Shown here: positions 38,339 through 50,012 of the stretch, in pieces
Layout: each line of letters opens with the position of its first letter
How positions within the stretch are numbered: the stretch's first letter is position 1
From: Candidatus Anderseniibacteriota bacterium
Lineage (GTDB): Bacteria; Patescibacteriota; Andersenbacteria; UBA10190
Assembly (NCBI GenBank): GCA_021414205.1
Contig: JAIOOW010000002.1
Location: forward strand, 404,171 to 468,170
Reading direction: 5' to 3'
Length of the DNA stretch: 64,000 nucleotides
Position numbers and translations under genes: made by a program
Notes under the pieces: model-generated
The model's database searches: none
Seen by the model: the letters and a program-made list of their open reading frames with translations, nothing else
What the model was told of the DNA's origin: nothing

Positions 38339-38980
38339 TTACTTTACCTCGACAGACGTAATCGTAATCGGATCGTTCGGCATATCGTTTGCATTGCGAG
38401 GGACAGAGACGATCGCATCCGCAACATCCATTCCAGATAATACTTTTCCGAATACAGAGTATCCACCGTCCAGACTTGCCGAATTATCCTTTACGTTGAT
38501 GAAGAATTGACTTCCGCCTGAATGCGGAGCTCCTGTATTTGCCATCGCGATCGTACCTCGAGTATTCGAAAGTCCATTCGAGAATTCGTCATCGATCGTA
38601 TATCCAGGCCCGCCCATACCGTATGACGAAACATCATCACCCTTCGTATTCGGATCCCCGGCTTGGATCATGAAATTCGGAATCACTCGGTGAAACTTTA
38701 CCCCGTTATAGAATCCTGCGCTTGCAAGCTTTAAGAAATTCGCAACGGTAACAGGGGCCTTGTCGGGATATAACTCAATAACAATATCGCCTTTTGTTGT
38801 GTGAAATGTTACTTGCGGAGCCCCAGTAGTAGGAATACTTGAAGCCTCTGCCGATGCAGATGGTATTGCTGACGGCTGACTTGTTTCTTGTTGCATAGGT
38901 TTTGATTGTGAAAAATAATAAACGGATCCCGCAATAAGTACTGCAAGAACAACGACTGGCAGAATAATCTGATTATTCAT
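38339..38980 (-). CDS. Membrane-anchored cyclophilin-type peptidyl-prolyl isomerase
   Basis: AP.TV.NF, FHRVIPNFMIQAGDP, GSQFFIN. Confidence 0.93.
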   Translation of the reverse strand: MNNQIILPVVVLAVLIAGSVYYFSQSKPMQQETSQPSAIPSASAEASSIPTTGAPQVTFHTTKGDIVIELYPDKAPVTVANFLKLASAGFYNGVKFHRVIPNFMIQAGDPNTKGDDVSSYGMGGPGYTIDDEFSNGLSNTRGTIAMANTGAPHSGGSQFFINVKDNSASLDGGYSVFGKVLSGMDVADAIVSVPRNANDMPNDPITITSVEVK

Positions 38981-38982
38981 AT

Positions 38983-40035
38983 CTATTTGCCTTCTAGCGT
39001 AGCCTTATCTTCAACTTCTACTGCTGCCCAGATAGCTTTTTCCAAATCTTTCGCAACCTTCGGATTCTGGCGGAGGAACATCTTTGCCGCCTCTCTACCC
39101 TGGCCAATCTTCTGATCGCCCATTGAAAGCCAGCTACCTGCTTTTTGAACCAGCTTATATTCAATAGCCTTGTCGATAATATCCCCTTCGTAGCTAATTC
39201 CTTCGTTATACATAATATCAAACTCTGCCACGCGGAACGGCGGAGCAACTTTATTTTTTACAATCTTCACATATGCACGGCTTCCGATGATTTTTTCTCC
39301 CATTTTAATCTGTGCGCGTCGGCGGATTTCCAATCGAACGGAAGAGTAAAACTTCAGCGCCTTTCCTCCTGTCGTCTCTTCTGGGTTTCCGAATACAATA
39401 CCAATCTTCATACGAATCTGGTTAATAAATATGACAGTTGTATTCGTTTTCGCAACAATGCCCGTTAATTTCCTCAATGCCTGTGACATGAGCCGCGCTT
39501 GCAACCCCATGTGCGAATCTCCCATTTCTCCTTCAATTTCTGCGCGAGGAGTAAGAGCCGCAACAGAGTCTACGACAATAAGGTCAACAGCTCCCGATTT
39601 CACCAGCGTTTCCACGATATCGAGTGCTTGCTCGCCGTTATCTGGCTGACTGATAAGCAAATCATTCAAGTTAACGCCTACGCGCTTTGCATACTGCGGA
39701 TCAAGCGCATGTTCAGCGTCCACATACGCAACAGTTCCGCCTTTTTTCTGACAGTTCGCCGTTATGTGCAGTGCGAGTGTAGACTTTCCGGAAGATTCCG
39801 GTCCATAAATCTCTACAATCCTTCCTCGCGGAACTCCGCCGATTCCAAGCGCAATATCGAGCGATACCGAGCCTGTTGGAATTGCATCGATATCTACTTT
39901 TTTAATTTCTCCCAAGCGCATAATAGCGCCTTCTCCGAACTTCTCTTTAATCATGTCGACTGCAGATCCTACTGCAATATCTCGATCGTCTTGTGCAGAC
40001 TGTTTCTCTTTTGTTTTGGTTGGTTCTGATGGCAT
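38983..40035 (-). CDS. recA: Recombinase RecA
   Basis: [36 protein letters not shown]. Confidence 0.98.
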   Translation of the reverse strand: MPSEPTKTKEKQSAQDDRDIAVGSAVDMIKEKFGEGAIMRLGEIKKVDIDAIPTGSVSLDIALGIGGVPRGRIVEIYGPESSGKSTLALHITANCQKKGGTVAYVDAEHALDPQYAKRVGVNLNDLLISQPDNGEQALDIVETLVKSGAVDLIVVDSVAALTPRAEIEGEMGDSHMGLQARLMSQALRKLTGIVAKTNTTVIFINQIRMKIGIVFGNPEETTGGKALKFYSSVRLEIRRRAQIKMGEKIIGSRAYVKIVKNKVAPPFRVAEFDIMYNEGISYEGDIIDKAIEYKLVQKAGSWLSMGDQKIGQGREAAKMFLRQNPKVAKDLEKAIWAAVEVEDKATLEGK

Positions 40036-40047
40036 ACAATAAGCGTA

Positions 40048-40710
40048 CTACTTTTCACGCAGTAAAAAAAGCTCTTTTACCGTCTGCCTGCCCGACGCAT
40101 TCGACACCACAACTTTCACCGGATTCATACCAATATGAAGGCTTAGTTGAGCTGTAAACGTAGCATCGCTTTGCAGAAGCACTTGCTGATCGTTAATCGT
40201 TAAATGAGCATCCTGCTCCGCTTTTCCAGCAACCGTAACATCGGGTCCATCTATAACGTGATTTGCCGGACTTGTAATACTTAAATCTGGAAACCTCCAA
40301 AACGATTGCACCTGCCATGCGATATATCCGCCGACAGAAAGGGCAATGCACAGCCCAAGCGCAATAATAACCAATCGAGGATTTAATAATCTATCAAACA
40401 ATCTATCCGGCGTCAGTAGCTTGAGCGGTACACGTGTACGAACAGAGGACAATGCTCGCAAAATCGCGCGCAAATCCTTTGCAGAATACACTCCTAAATA
40501 CTGTGCATATGACGTATATGCCCCTCGCGCATACAGCTCTGCAGAAAACACAGAGTAATCCTCTTCTTCGAGAGCGCGAAGTTGCACAACTGGAATATGA
40601 AGTTCCTCTGAAATACTCTCAAGAGAAACCTTGTGTAATGTTCTTTTTTTTAAAAGACGCTTACCTACCCCTGTATGATGCTCCCCCTTGCTTGATCGAA
40701 CGCCTACCAT
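40048..40710 (-). CDS. RodZ-like HTH membrane protein
   Basis: N-terminal HTH (LRALEEEDY...YARG...YA.YLG), TM, Ig-like C-terminus; follows ftsK. Confidence 0.8.
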   Translation of the reverse strand: MVGVRSSKGEHHTGVGKRLLKKRTLHKVSLESISEELHIPVVQLRALEEEDYSVFSAELYARGAYTSYAQYLGVYSAKDLRAILRALSSVRTRVPLKLLTPDRLFDRLLNPRLVIIALGLCIALSVGGYIAWQVQSFWRFPDLSITSPANHVIDGPDVTVAGKAEQDAHLTINDQQVLLQSDATFTAQLSLHIGMNPVKVVVSNASGRQTVKELFLLREK

Positions 40711-42944
40711 GATTCATCCTCCGGAAGCGGAGATGATTGTCGAGGAGGCTGCTCTTCTGCAACTTCTACCGGCATGCCAAAATTCGGAACCTGTTCTCCA
40801 TACCCCTCCTCAGGTTGAGAAAATACCTCCCTCGGCTTATTCCCTTCCTGCGGAGCAATGACGCCTGATTCCTCAAGCATGTCCAGTAGCCTCGCTGCTC
40901 GGGAGTATCCTACTCGAAGACGGCGCTGCAACAGCGATGCGCTTGCTTTACCGGATTCCAATACAATGCGCTTTGCATCTTCAAAGAGCACATCGTCCCC
41001 GGCATCGCCAGCTTCTCCGCTCCCACCATGCGCAGGAGTAACAATCGCATCATCAAATTCAAGCTCCATAGGATTCTTGTCTCGAATTTCTTGCACAACC
41101 TGGCGTACCTCTTCTTCCGAAATAAATCCGCCCTGCAAGCGGGTTGGCTTTGCGCGATCGCCAGGCAAGAACAGCATGTCTCCACTACCGAGCAATTTTT
41201 CCGCTCCCGCACCGTCTAAAATAGTTCTGGAATCGATTTGCGACGCAACGTTAAATGCGATTCTTGCAGGAACGTTCGCTTTGATAATTCCCGTAATAAC
41301 ATTTACTGACGGGCGCTGCGTTGCAAGCACTAAGTGGATACCAATAGCGCGCGCCATCTGCGCCAAACGCACAATCATCCCCTCAACATCGCGCGAATGC
41401 GTTGCCATTAAGTCTGCCAATTCATCAATGACAATCACGATCAGGGGCATAGCCTGTTCCGGATTATTCGCATTAAACGATGCTAAATTCCTGGAACCAT
41501 GCTCTGCCAAGAGGCGGTATCGTCGATCCATTTCTTTTACAGCCCACTTCAACGCATTTACCGTTTTATCAGGCTCCGTAATAACTGGGGTAAGTAAGTG
41601 AGGAATGTTATTGTACAGCGATAATTCTACACGCTTGGGATCAACCAATATCATGCGAACCAGTGCTGGCGAATTACGATACAGCAAAGATAAAATTAAC
41701 GTATTAATAAAAATAGACTTTCCAGATCCAGTAGCACCTGCAATGAGTAAGTGAGGCATCGACTCAATCGTTCCAACCTGAGGGGCACCAGAGACATCTT
41801 TCCCGAGAACGATTGTAAGGGGAGACTGGGCTTTCGTGAAATTCTTTGCAGTAAGAAGCTCTCGCAAACGAACGAGCGAAACGTTCTTATTTGGAATTTC
41901 GATACCAACTAAATTCGTATTTGGAATCGGAGCTTCGATACGAATCGGGTGCGCTGCAAGTGCGAGCGACAAGTCATTTTGCAATGCAGTAATGCGAGCC
42001 AATTTTATTCCCTCCTCGGGTCGAAGCGTATACTGCGCAACCGTAGGACCGACGCTGACCTTGCCCATCGTTACGTTAATACCGAATTTTTCAAGCGTAG
42101 ATTGGATCAGTTTTTTATTCGCCTCTACGTCTCCGCTATCCGCCTTGCTGATTGATGAGTGAAGCATTTCAACAGAAGGCGCAACATATGCCTTGTTCGC
42201 AGCCTTGCGCTGAGCGGCCATGCGTTCTTTTTGCTCCTGTTCGGCAGCGCGCTGCTCTTCTTGCAGCTTTAGTTGCTTCGGATCCGTTGCTGGCGCTGAA
42301 GAAATCCTTCTGCTCACTCGGAATAACGGTAACGCAGACTGCTCGCCATCTTCAGATTCTTCTTCGTCCGCCTCACCTTCTTCACCATCCTCAGGTTCTT
42401 TCTTTCCAGGAATTAGCGATAATATCCAATTTTTTACATCGCTCGGAGAAATATTAAATGTAAGAAATATTCCGACCACCAGCGCTCCCGCAAAAATAAT
42501 TCCCGACGCAATGGATGAAAATGCTTTGGAAAGCGGAAACACCAGCAAGAATCCGATCATTCCTCCGCCCCTTCCTTCAAGTGCTGCCTGGTACGCATCT
42601 TCCGTAGGAATTCCGACAAGATGAAACACGCCGAGCAATCCTAATGACAACAAAACGATTCCCACAATTCTCGTTCTCGGGAATAAATCTTCCTGAGGAC
42701 GAATACATAAAAAACCAACCGCAATTAATACAAACGGCACTAAGTATCCTAGAATTCCAAATGCATCGCGAAGGATAGACAAAATAACGCTTCCGGATGG
42801 GCCCGCCGCAGAAAAGAAGCTCAGTATAGCGATGAAGGCAAACAATATGCACAACACGCCAATAATTGCCTGGCGTGTTTCCGGCTTGAGCCAAGAAACG
42901 GACTTTTTCTTCCGCGAACGTGAAGAGAAGGGATTTAACCGCAT
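40704..42944 (-). CDS. ftsK: DNA translocase FtsK
   Basis: 4 TM segments, PHLLIAGATGSGKS, DELADLM, ATQRPS, gamma domain (SASLLQRRLRVGYSRAA). Confidence 0.96.
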   Translation of the reverse strand: MRLNPFSSRSRKKKSVSWLKPETRQAIIGVLCILFAFIAILSFFSAAGPSGSVILSILRDAFGILGYLVPFVLIAVGFLCIRPQEDLFPRTRIVGIVLLSLGLLGVFHLVGIPTEDAYQAALEGRGGGMIGFLLVFPLSKAFSSIASGIIFAGALVVGIFLTFNISPSDVKNWILSLIPGKKEPEDGEEGEADEEESEDGEQSALPLFRVSRRISSAPATDPKQLKLQEEQRAAEQEQKERMAAQRKAANKAYVAPSVEMLHSSISKADSGDVEANKKLIQSTLEKFGINVTMGKVSVGPTVAQYTLRPEEGIKLARITALQNDLSLALAAHPIRIEAPIPNTNLVGIEIPNKNVSLVRLRELLTAKNFTKAQSPLTIVLGKDVSGAPQVGTIESMPHLLIAGATGSGKSIFINTLILSLLYRNSPALVRMILVDPKRVELSLYNNIPHLLTPVITEPDKTVNALKWAVKEMDRRYRLLAEHGSRNLASFNANNPEQAMPLIVIVIDELADLMATHSRDVEGMIVRLAQMARAIGIHLVLATQRPSVNVITGIIKANVPARIAFNVASQIDSRTILDGAGAEKLLGSGDMLFLPGDRAKPTRLQGGFISEEEVRQVVQEIRDKNPMELEFDDAIVTPAHGGSGEAGDAGDDVLFEDAKRIVLESGKASASLLQRRLRVGYSRAARLLDMLEESGVIAPQEGNKPREVFSQPEEGYGEQVPNFGMPVEVAEEQPPRQSSPLPEDESW

Positions 42945-42980
42945 ACGCTGTATTGTAGCGTATTTTGGCAATTTTGGCAT

Positions 42981-43013
42981 AAAACAACAATCCCCGCGCT
43001 AGGCGGGGATTGC
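42981..43013 (-). terminator. Terminator after rpoC
   Basis: CAATCCCCGC...GCGGGGATTG with a U-rich tail on the - strand. Confidence 0.75.
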
Positions 43014-43032
43014 AGTATATTGCGTATGTATA

Positions 43033-46000
43033 TTATTCTGCTTTTTCTTCTGTAGGAGCCTCAGTAACTGCTTCTACTGCAACTTTCTCAGCTACAGGAG
43101 CATACTGGTTGAACGGCTTTCGGTATCCAACCCCTGCTGGAATTAAGCGACCGATAATAACGTTCTCTTTTAGACCCATCAAGTGGTCTTCTCGGCCTGC
43201 AACTGCTGCGTCAATTAACACGCGAGCTGTTTCCATGAAGGATGCTGCTGCTAAGAAGCTTTCTGTTGAAAGGGATACTTTCGTAATTCCCAAAAGCAAC
43301 CTATCTCCGTGCGCGGGCTTCTTTCCTTCAGATTCTGCCTGCGTATTTGCCGCAGATAGCTCTGACCATTCCACCACGCGGCCTGGAAGAAGCGATGTGT
43401 CTCCAGAATCCTGAATACGAATACGAGACAACATTTGTCGAACGATGATTTCCAAATGCTTATCGTTAATCGTTTCACCTTGGATTGCGTACACCTGCTG
43501 TACTTCCTTCAAGATGTAGCGCTGTACTGCTCGCACACCTGCTGCATCGTAGAGGCTCTGCACGTTCATGTGTCCATCTGTTAATTGCTGTCCTGCAATA
43601 ACCACATCTCCAGACTTTACGTTAAGTGTTACGTTCAATGGAATCATGTAATCCTTTCCTTCTTTCTTTCCTTGTACGGAAATCTTTACTTCGTCCTTGT
43701 CTTTCTTCACCGTAACTTCTCCATCAATCTCAGACATAATTGCTTCACCCTTAGGAATGCGGGCTTCGAACAATTCTTCTACTCGAGGAAGACCCTGAGT
43801 AATGTCGTCTCCAGACGCACCTCCGCTATGGAATGTTCTCATTGTAAGCTGTGTTCCTGGTTCTCCAATAGCCTGGGCTGCGATAACTCCAACAGCTTCT
43901 CCGATTGCAACCAATCGATTCTTACCCAAGTCCCATCCGTAACATACCTGACATACTCCTCGTGGAGCCAAGCACGATACAACGGATCGAATTGTGATTT
44001 CAGAAATATCGAGCTTGTCGATCTGAGCTGCTTTTTCAAGATCGATCAAATCGCCTTTCTTCATAATCACATCGCCAGTCTTTGGATCCTTAACTGCATC
44101 AGCTAGGTATCGACCAACGGATCGCTTTCCAAGCGTTGTTCCAACTTCTTCACTGTCCGCCTTCGTCATCAATGCACCTTCTTTGTCCTTACAATCTTCG
44201 AAGTGCACTACAACGTCTTGCGCAACGTTTACCAATCTTCGCGTTAAGTATCCTGCAGTTGCAGTACGAAGAGCGGTGTCGGCCATACCTTTGCGAGTTC
44301 CGTGCGTTGAAAGGAAGTACTCAAGAGCGTTGAACCCTTCTTTAAAGCTGCTCTTAATCGGAAGCTCCACTGCCTTACCAGTAGGACCTGCGACCGTACC
44401 TTTCATACCGACCATCTGGAGTGTCTGCCCCCAAGATCCTCGGGCTCCGGAGTTTACCATCGTGTATACGCTTCCGTTTGGATCGAATGCGCCTTTGGCA
44501 GCAACGGCCATCTCTTCACGAATCTGTTCCCAAACACTTACCACCATTCGGTATCGTTCGTCTTCAGTTAAGAGTCCATCATCGAATTGTCCGCGGATTT
44601 CTGCAACCCTCACTTCTCCCCTGCCTACGATTTCTGCTTTATCTTTCGGCGCAGTTAAGTCCATCATCCCCCAAGATAATCCAGACTTGGTTGCATTGTT
44701 GAATCCAAGCTTCTTCATGTCGTCCAAGAATACTGCGGTGCGATCCTGACCGTATACAGAAAGTGTCTTGCTTACGATTTTCTTGAGCTTCGATTTATCA
44801 AGCGCTTCGTTCTGGAACGCATCTTGATCTGGGCAAATCTCGAAGAACATTAATCGACCAAGCGTTGTTTTTACAAGCTCTTTATTGTCGACCGGATTTC
44901 GAACAGTAATCTCTGCATTCACTGCGAGCTCTCCCACCTCATACGCCATCATCGCTTCGCTCATTGATGCATATGCCTTACCTTCACCCTTCGCGCCAGC
45001 TTCAACGTTCGTCATGTAGTAGATACCAAGCACAATGTCCTGTGTTGCAGAAGTGGACGGCTGTCCATCAGCAGGCTTCAACAAATTGTGCGATGCCAAC
45101 ATAATCTCATCTGCTTCGTATCGAGCCTGAGAAGAGAGCGGTACGTGCACAGCCATCTGGTCTCCGTCGAAGTCGGCGTTGAATGGAGATGTTACCATCG
45201 GATGAATCTGAATAGCCTTACCTTCGATCAGTACTGGCTGGAATGCCTGAATACCTAATCGATGCAATGTCGGAGCACGATTCAATAATACTTTGTGTGT
45301 TCGAGTTACCTGTTCAAGTGAGTCCCATACTTCTGGAATTCCTTGTTCAATCAAACGGCTAGCAGATCGGATATTGTGCGCAAGCTCTCGCTCAATTAAT
45401 TCGTGAATAACGAATGGCTTGAAGAGTTCCAATGCCATAAGCTTCGGAAGTCCGCACTGATGCAATTGTAATTCAGGACCAACTACGATTACGGATCGGC
45501 CAGAGTAATCCACGCGCTTTCCGAGCAAGTTTTGACGGAATCGTCCTTGCTTACCCTTTAACATGTCTGCCAATGACTTTAGCTGTCGGCGTTGCCCTGT
45601 TGTATTAACAGTTGTTGAACCACGTCGAGCAGAGTTGTCGATTAAGGAATCAACAGCTTCTTGCAACATACGCTTTTCGTTTCGCGTAATAATTTCTGGA
45701 GCACCAAGTTCAAGTAATCGCTTTAATCGATTATTTCGATTGATTACTCGTCGGTATAAGTCATTCAAATCAGATGCAGCGAATCGTCCTCCATCTAATT
45801 GCACCATCGGACGGATATCTGGTGGAATAACAGGGAGTTGCGTTATGAACATCCATTCCGGACGAATCTTCGCATCAACCAATCCGCGAATAAGCGCTAA
45901 TCTTCGCATCACTCGCTTTTCTTTTGCAGCAGACGCTTCAACCAAATCTTCTTCCATTGATTTGATTTCTTGTTCCATATCCATCTTCTCAAAGATGGCG

Positions 46001-46740
46001 CGAATTGCTTCAGCACCAATTCCTGCAGTAAAGATGTGCCCGTACTTCAACGACAAATCTCGATATTCTACTTCAGAAATAATTGCGTGCTTTACAAGGC
46101 CTGTGATCTGGTCGATTGCAGCATCTTTTGCAGCATCGAGCTTATCAAGTTCGCTCTGCTCTTCTTCTGCAAGCGCTTCTTTCTTTTTATCTCGATCCTT
46201 TTCATCTTTTGGAACGCCGGCTCGAAGTTGTTTGTATCCATTCTTAATGGCTTCACGCTTAGAATCAGCTTCTCGGCCAAGTCGCTCAACTAATTCCTTC
46301 TTCTTATCCTCATCAACGCTCGTAATAATGTAAGACGCAAAGTAGACAACTTTTTCAAGTTTTCCTACGTTGATGTTCAAGAGAAGACCCATCTTCGAAG
46401 GCACGCCTCGCAAGAACCAAATATGAGACACCGGAGTTGCCAGCGTAATATGCGCCATGCGCTCACGTCGAACGATTGATCGAGTAACTTCCACACCACA
46501 CTTATCACACACGATTCCCTTGTAACGGATTCTGCGATATTTTCCGCAGTAACATTCCCAATCCTTTGTTGGGCCGAAAATTCTCTCGTCGAACAAACCG
46601 TCTTTTTCCGGTTTTTGTGTTCGGTAATTAATTGTTTCTGGTTTTGTAATTTCTCCATGCGACCATTCAAGCACAGCATCGGGAGATGCAAGCTTCAGCT
46701 TGATCGATGTGAAATCTGGTTTTTGTTCTTCGTAGTCCAT
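43033..46740 (-). CDS. rpoC: RNA polymerase beta' subunit
   Basis: NADFDGD, CYCGKY Zn finger, GEPGTQLTMRTFH. Confidence 0.99.
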   Translation of the reverse strand: MDYEEQKPDFTSIKLKLASPDAVLEWSHGEITKPETINYRTQKPEKDGLFDERIFGPTKDWECYCGKYRRIRYKGIVCDKCGVEVTRSIVRRERMAHITLATPVSHIWFLRGVPSKMGLLLNINVGKLEKVVYFASYIITSVDEDKKKELVERLGREADSKREAIKNGYKQLRAGVPKDEKDRDKKKEALAEEEQSELDKLDAAKDAAIDQITGLVKHAIISEVEYRDLSLKYGHIFTAGIGAEAIRAIFEKMDMEQEIKSMEEDLVEASAAKEKRVMRRLALIRGLVDAKIRPEWMFITQLPVIPPDIRPMVQLDGGRFAASDLNDLYRRVINRNNRLKRLLELGAPEIITRNEKRMLQEAVDSLIDNSARRGSTTVNTTGQRRQLKSLADMLKGKQGRFRQNLLGKRVDYSGRSVIVVGPELQLHQCGLPKLMALELFKPFVIHELIERELAHNIRSASRLIEQGIPEVWDSLEQVTRTHKVLLNRAPTLHRLGIQAFQPVLIEGKAIQIHPMVTSPFNADFDGDQMAVHVPLSSQARYEADEIMLASHNLLKPADGQPSTSATQDIVLGIYYMTNVEAGAKGEGKAYASMSEAMMAYEVGELAVNAEITVRNPVDNKELVKTTLGRLMFFEICPDQDAFQNEALDKSKLKKIVSKTLSVYGQDRTAVFLDDMKKLGFNNATKSGLSWGMMDLTAPKDKAEIVGRGEVRVAEIRGQFDDGLLTEDERYRMVVSVWEQIREEMAVAAKGAFDPNGSVYTMVNSGARGSWGQTLQMVGMKGTVAGPTGKAVELPIKSSFKEGFNALEYFLSTHGTRKGMADTALRTATAGYLTRRLVNVAQDVVVHFEDCKDKEGALMTKADSEEVGTTLGKRSVGRYLADAVKDPKTGDVIMKKGDLIDLEKAAQIDKLDISEITIRSVVSCLAPRGVCQVCYGWDLGKNRLVAIGEAVGVIAAQAIGEPGTQLTMRTFHSGGASGDDITQGLPRVEELFEARIPKGEAIMSEIDGEVTVKKDKDEVKISVQGKKEGKDYMIPLNVTLNVKSGDVVIAGQQLTDGHMNVQSLYDAAGVRAVQRYILKEVQQVYAIQGETINDKHLEIIVRQMLSRIRIQDSGDTSLLPGRVVEWSELSAANTQAESEGKKPAHGDRLLLGITKVSLSTESFLAAASFMETARVLIDAAVAGREDHLMGLKENVIIGRLIPAGVGYRKPFNQYAPVAEKVAVEAVTEAPTEEKAE

Positions 46741-46752
46741 AGTGTGTGTGGG

Positions 46753-49700
46753 TTAGTTACTAGGCGCTTGATGTTCTCGAGGAGGCTCTGCAGGAGCTTC
46801 TGCTTTACCCACTAGTTCGACATCTAGTGATAATCCTTTCAATTCTTTCACCAATACATCGAATGCAGCAGGAGTGTGCGGCGGCTGAATTTGTCCTCCT
46901 TTTACAATCGTTTCGTATGTCTTGCTTCGTCCGGCAACGTCGTCTGACTTCACCGTCAAAATTTCTTGCAAGGTGTGAGCTGCTCCGTATGCTTCGAGCG
47001 CCCACACTTCCATCTCTCCAAAACGCTGTCCTCCGAATTGCGCCTTTCCTCCGAGAGGCTGCTGCGTAACAAGAGAGTACGGCCCTGTGGATCGCATATG
47101 GATCTTGTCTTCTACTAAATGATGAAGCTTTAAGATGTACATCACACCAACTGTTACTTTGCGATCGAACTTTACTCCGGACAATCCATCAAAGAGTTCC
47201 ACTTTTCCATCTTCCGGGATTCCAGCTTCCTTTAACTGTTCCTGAATTTCAGCTTCCGTTACTCCAGAGAATGCAGGAGATGCTGCGTGGAAGTCCAGCT
47301 TTGTAGCTGCCCACCCTAAGTGAGTTTCCAAAATCTGTCCGATGTTCATACGAGATGCAACACCGAGCGGGTTCAATACTACGTCAACAGGTGATCCATC
47401 TTCGAGATATGGCATATCTTCCTCTGCAACAATCTTTGCGATAACACCCTTGTTTCCGTGTCTTCCTGCAAGCTTGTCTCCAACCTGCAACTTTCTGAAC
47501 TGCGCAATGCTTACCTGGATTTGCTTAATAACTCCAGATGGAAGCTTATCACCGCCGTCACGAGAGAAGATCTTAATATCTACAACTTTTCCTCGTTCTC
47601 CATGCTGTAAGTACAACGACGTATCTTTTACATCCTTTGCCTTTTCACCGAAGATTGCGCGAAGCAATCTCTCTTCAGGAGTTAAGTCTGTCTCACCTTT
47701 GTTGGTAACTTTTCCAACCAAGATATCGCCAGATCGAACTTCCGCTCCGATTCGAATTACGCCCTCTTCATCAAGGTTTCGTAATTTTTCTTCGCTGACG
47801 TTCGGAATGTCTCGAGTTACAACTTCTGGCCCAAGCTTGGTATCGCGAACATCGATTGTAAAGTCTTCAATGTGAATTGAGCTAAATCGATCATCTTTAA
47901 CAACTCGCTGTGAAATCACAATGGCATCTTCAAAGTTGTTTCCGTACCATGGCACAAACGCAACAAGCAGATTTTGTCCGAGGGACAATTCTCCTTTATC
48001 TGTAGCAGATCCGTCTGCAATCAATTGGCCTTTTTCAACTTTGTCTCCGATCTTTACCAGTGGGTGCTGCGTCATTGCAGTTGATTGGTTGCTTCGCTGG
48101 AAGTTCTGCAATCGGTATACTCGGCTTGATCCATCCTTTGTGGATACGCGAATATGCGTTGCGTCCAATTCCGTAACTTCTCCATCAACATCGGATAACA
48201 CTACTTGTCCGGAATGATATGCACCGATAAATTCAAACCCTGTTCCAACTCGTGGAGCTTGCGGCTTCACGGAAGGTACTGCCTGACGTTGCATGTTTGA
48301 TCCCATGAGTGATCGCTGGGCATCGTCGTGCTCGATGAACGGAACCATACCAGCACCAAGCGATAGAGATTGCTGTGGAGCAATGTCCATATATTCGACT
48401 TCTTGTGCGGACACTTCCATGAATTGTCCTTGGCGAGCGCGTGTTTCAATACGCTCGTTCACGAACTTTTTATCTTTCGTAATCGGTTCAGCAGCTTGCG
48501 CAATAATACACTTGTCTTCTTGGTATGCATCCATGAACTCGATTTCATCCGTTACTTGCCCGTTCACAACTTTTCGATACGGAGTTTCAAGGAATCCATA
48601 TTCGTTCAATCGAGAATACATTGCCATATGGCCTACCAACCCGATGTTCGGACCTTCCGGAGTTTCTACCGGACAAATTCGACCATAATGGCTTCGGTGA
48701 ACGTCTCGAACTTCGAACCCTGCTCGGTTTCGATCAAGTCCTCCTGGCCCCATCGCATTCAAACGGCGCTTGTGCTCCACTTCTGACAATGGATTCGTCT
48801 GATCCATGAACTGAGACAGTTGAGAGCTTGTATAAAATTCTTTAATTGCAGCAATAATTGGTCGAGCGTTAATTAATTGAGACGGCGTCATACGCTCAAC
48901 TTCCATAGTACTCATGCGATCCTTTGCAATGCGCTCCATTCGTACCAAGCCGATACGGAACTTATTTTGGAGTTGCTCTCCCACCGGACGCACGCGACGA
49001 TTTCCCAAATGGTCGATATCGTCAGCCGGTTCTTGTGTGTTGTTCAAACGAATCACTTCTGCGATAACAGCAGTTAAGTCTTCAATACGAAGTGTTCGGT
49101 ATTCCGGAGTTTCTGGCACATCCAAGTTCAAGCGCTGATTAATTCTGTGACGCCCTACTTTTCCGAAATCGTATCGGTCAAATCGGAAGAACATGTCATG
49201 AATCATCTGCTTCGCGTTGGCAACCGTTGCCAAATCTCCTGGGCGAAGCCTCTTGTACACTTCTTTTAATCCTTCTGCCTGGTTCTTGGAAACGTCTTTT
49301 GCAAATGTCTGCTTGATATATTGCATTTCCGGATTCGTATCAACTTCAGCAAACAGCTTCGCAATCTCTTCGTTCGTTTCAACGCCCATAGCGCGAAGAA
49401 GGGCCGTTACTGCAACCTTACGCTTTCGATCAATCTTTACATAAATAGCACCATCGGATGCAGTTTCTAATTCCAACCAAGCCCCACGATTTGGAATTAC
49501 TTTTGCTCCATACCAATTTCGACCCTTACTTGTCGAAGAGGAGAAGAACACACCAGGGGATCGGATCAACTGAGATACGATAACTCGCTCAACTCCGTTG
49601 ATAATAAAAGTTCCTCGAGGAGTCATGATTGGGAACTCACCGAGGTATACTTCTTGCTCTTTTACTTCACCGGTTTTCTTATTTACAAATCGAACAGCGC

Positions 49701-49977
49701 ATCGAAGAGGCGCTTCATATGTTGCGTTGCGATCGCGAGCAGTTTCTTCTGTGTGCTTCGGAGTATCAAGGTAATGATCTACGAAATGAAGTTCGAGACT
49801 TTCGGAATGATCTTCAATCGGAGAAATCTCTTTAAAAAGTTCCGCTAATCCTTCTTCAAAAAACCAGGCGTTGGAATCTAATTGAATCTGAAGGAGATTA
49901 GGAACTTGCGCTACGAGCCCGGAATGTCCGGAGAACGTTTTACGGATACGAATTGGCTTGGGGAATTCTTCGCTCAT
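46753..49977 (-). CDS. rpoB: RNA polymerase beta subunit
   Basis: SQFMDQTN, GRICPVETPEG, GDKLAGRHGNKG, GGQRFGEMEVW. Start moved to ATG 49977. Confidence 0.99.
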   Translation of the reverse strand: MSEEFPKPIRIRKTFSGHSGLVAQVPNLLQIQLDSNAWFFEEGLAELFKEISPIEDHSESLELHFVDHYLDTPKHTEETARDRNATYEAPLRCAVRFVNKKTGEVKEQEVYLGEFPIMTPRGTFIINGVERVIVSQLIRSPGVFFSSSTSKGRNWYGAKVIPNRGAWLELETASDGAIYVKIDRKRKVAVTALLRAMGVETNEEIAKLFAEVDTNPEMQYIKQTFAKDVSKNQAEGLKEVYKRLRPGDLATVANAKQMIHDMFFRFDRYDFGKVGRHRINQRLNLDVPETPEYRTLRIEDLTAVIAEVIRLNNTQEPADDIDHLGNRRVRPVGEQLQNKFRIGLVRMERIAKDRMSTMEVERMTPSQLINARPIIAAIKEFYTSSQLSQFMDQTNPLSEVEHKRRLNAMGPGGLDRNRAGFEVRDVHRSHYGRICPVETPEGPNIGLVGHMAMYSRLNEYGFLETPYRKVVNGQVTDEIEFMDAYQEDKCIIAQAAEPITKDKKFVNERIETRARQGQFMEVSAQEVEYMDIAPQQSLSLGAGMVPFIEHDDAQRSLMGSNMQRQAVPSVKPQAPRVGTGFEFIGAYHSGQVVLSDVDGEVTELDATHIRVSTKDGSSRVYRLQNFQRSNQSTAMTQHPLVKIGDKVEKGQLIADGSATDKGELSLGQNLLVAFVPWYGNNFEDAIVISQRVVKDDRFSSIHIEDFTIDVRDTKLGPEVVTRDIPNVSEEKLRNLDEEGVIRIGAEVRSGDILVGKVTNKGETDLTPEERLLRAIFGEKAKDVKDTSLYLQHGERGKVVDIKIFSRDGGDKLPSGVIKQIQVSIAQFRKLQVGDKLAGRHGNKGVIAKIVAEEDMPYLEDGSPVDVVLNPLGVASRMNIGQILETHLGWAATKLDFHAASPAFSGVTEAEIQEQLKEAGIPEDGKVELFDGLSGVKFDRKVTVGVMYILKLHHLVEDKIHMRSTGPYSLVTQQPLGGKAQFGGQRFGEMEVWALEAYGAAHTLQEILTVKSDDVAGRSKTYETIVKGGQIQPPHTPAAFDVLVKELKGLSLDVELVGKAEAPAEPPREHQAPSN

Positions 49978-50012
49978 GTAAGGATGATGAGTTAAAAAAT
50001 GATATATAACGT

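Noticed and set aside
40858-49848. Long antisense ORFs over ftsK, rpoC and rpoB (and over uvrA)
   Set aside because: Shadow frames of conserved genes with no recognisable motifs or start signals
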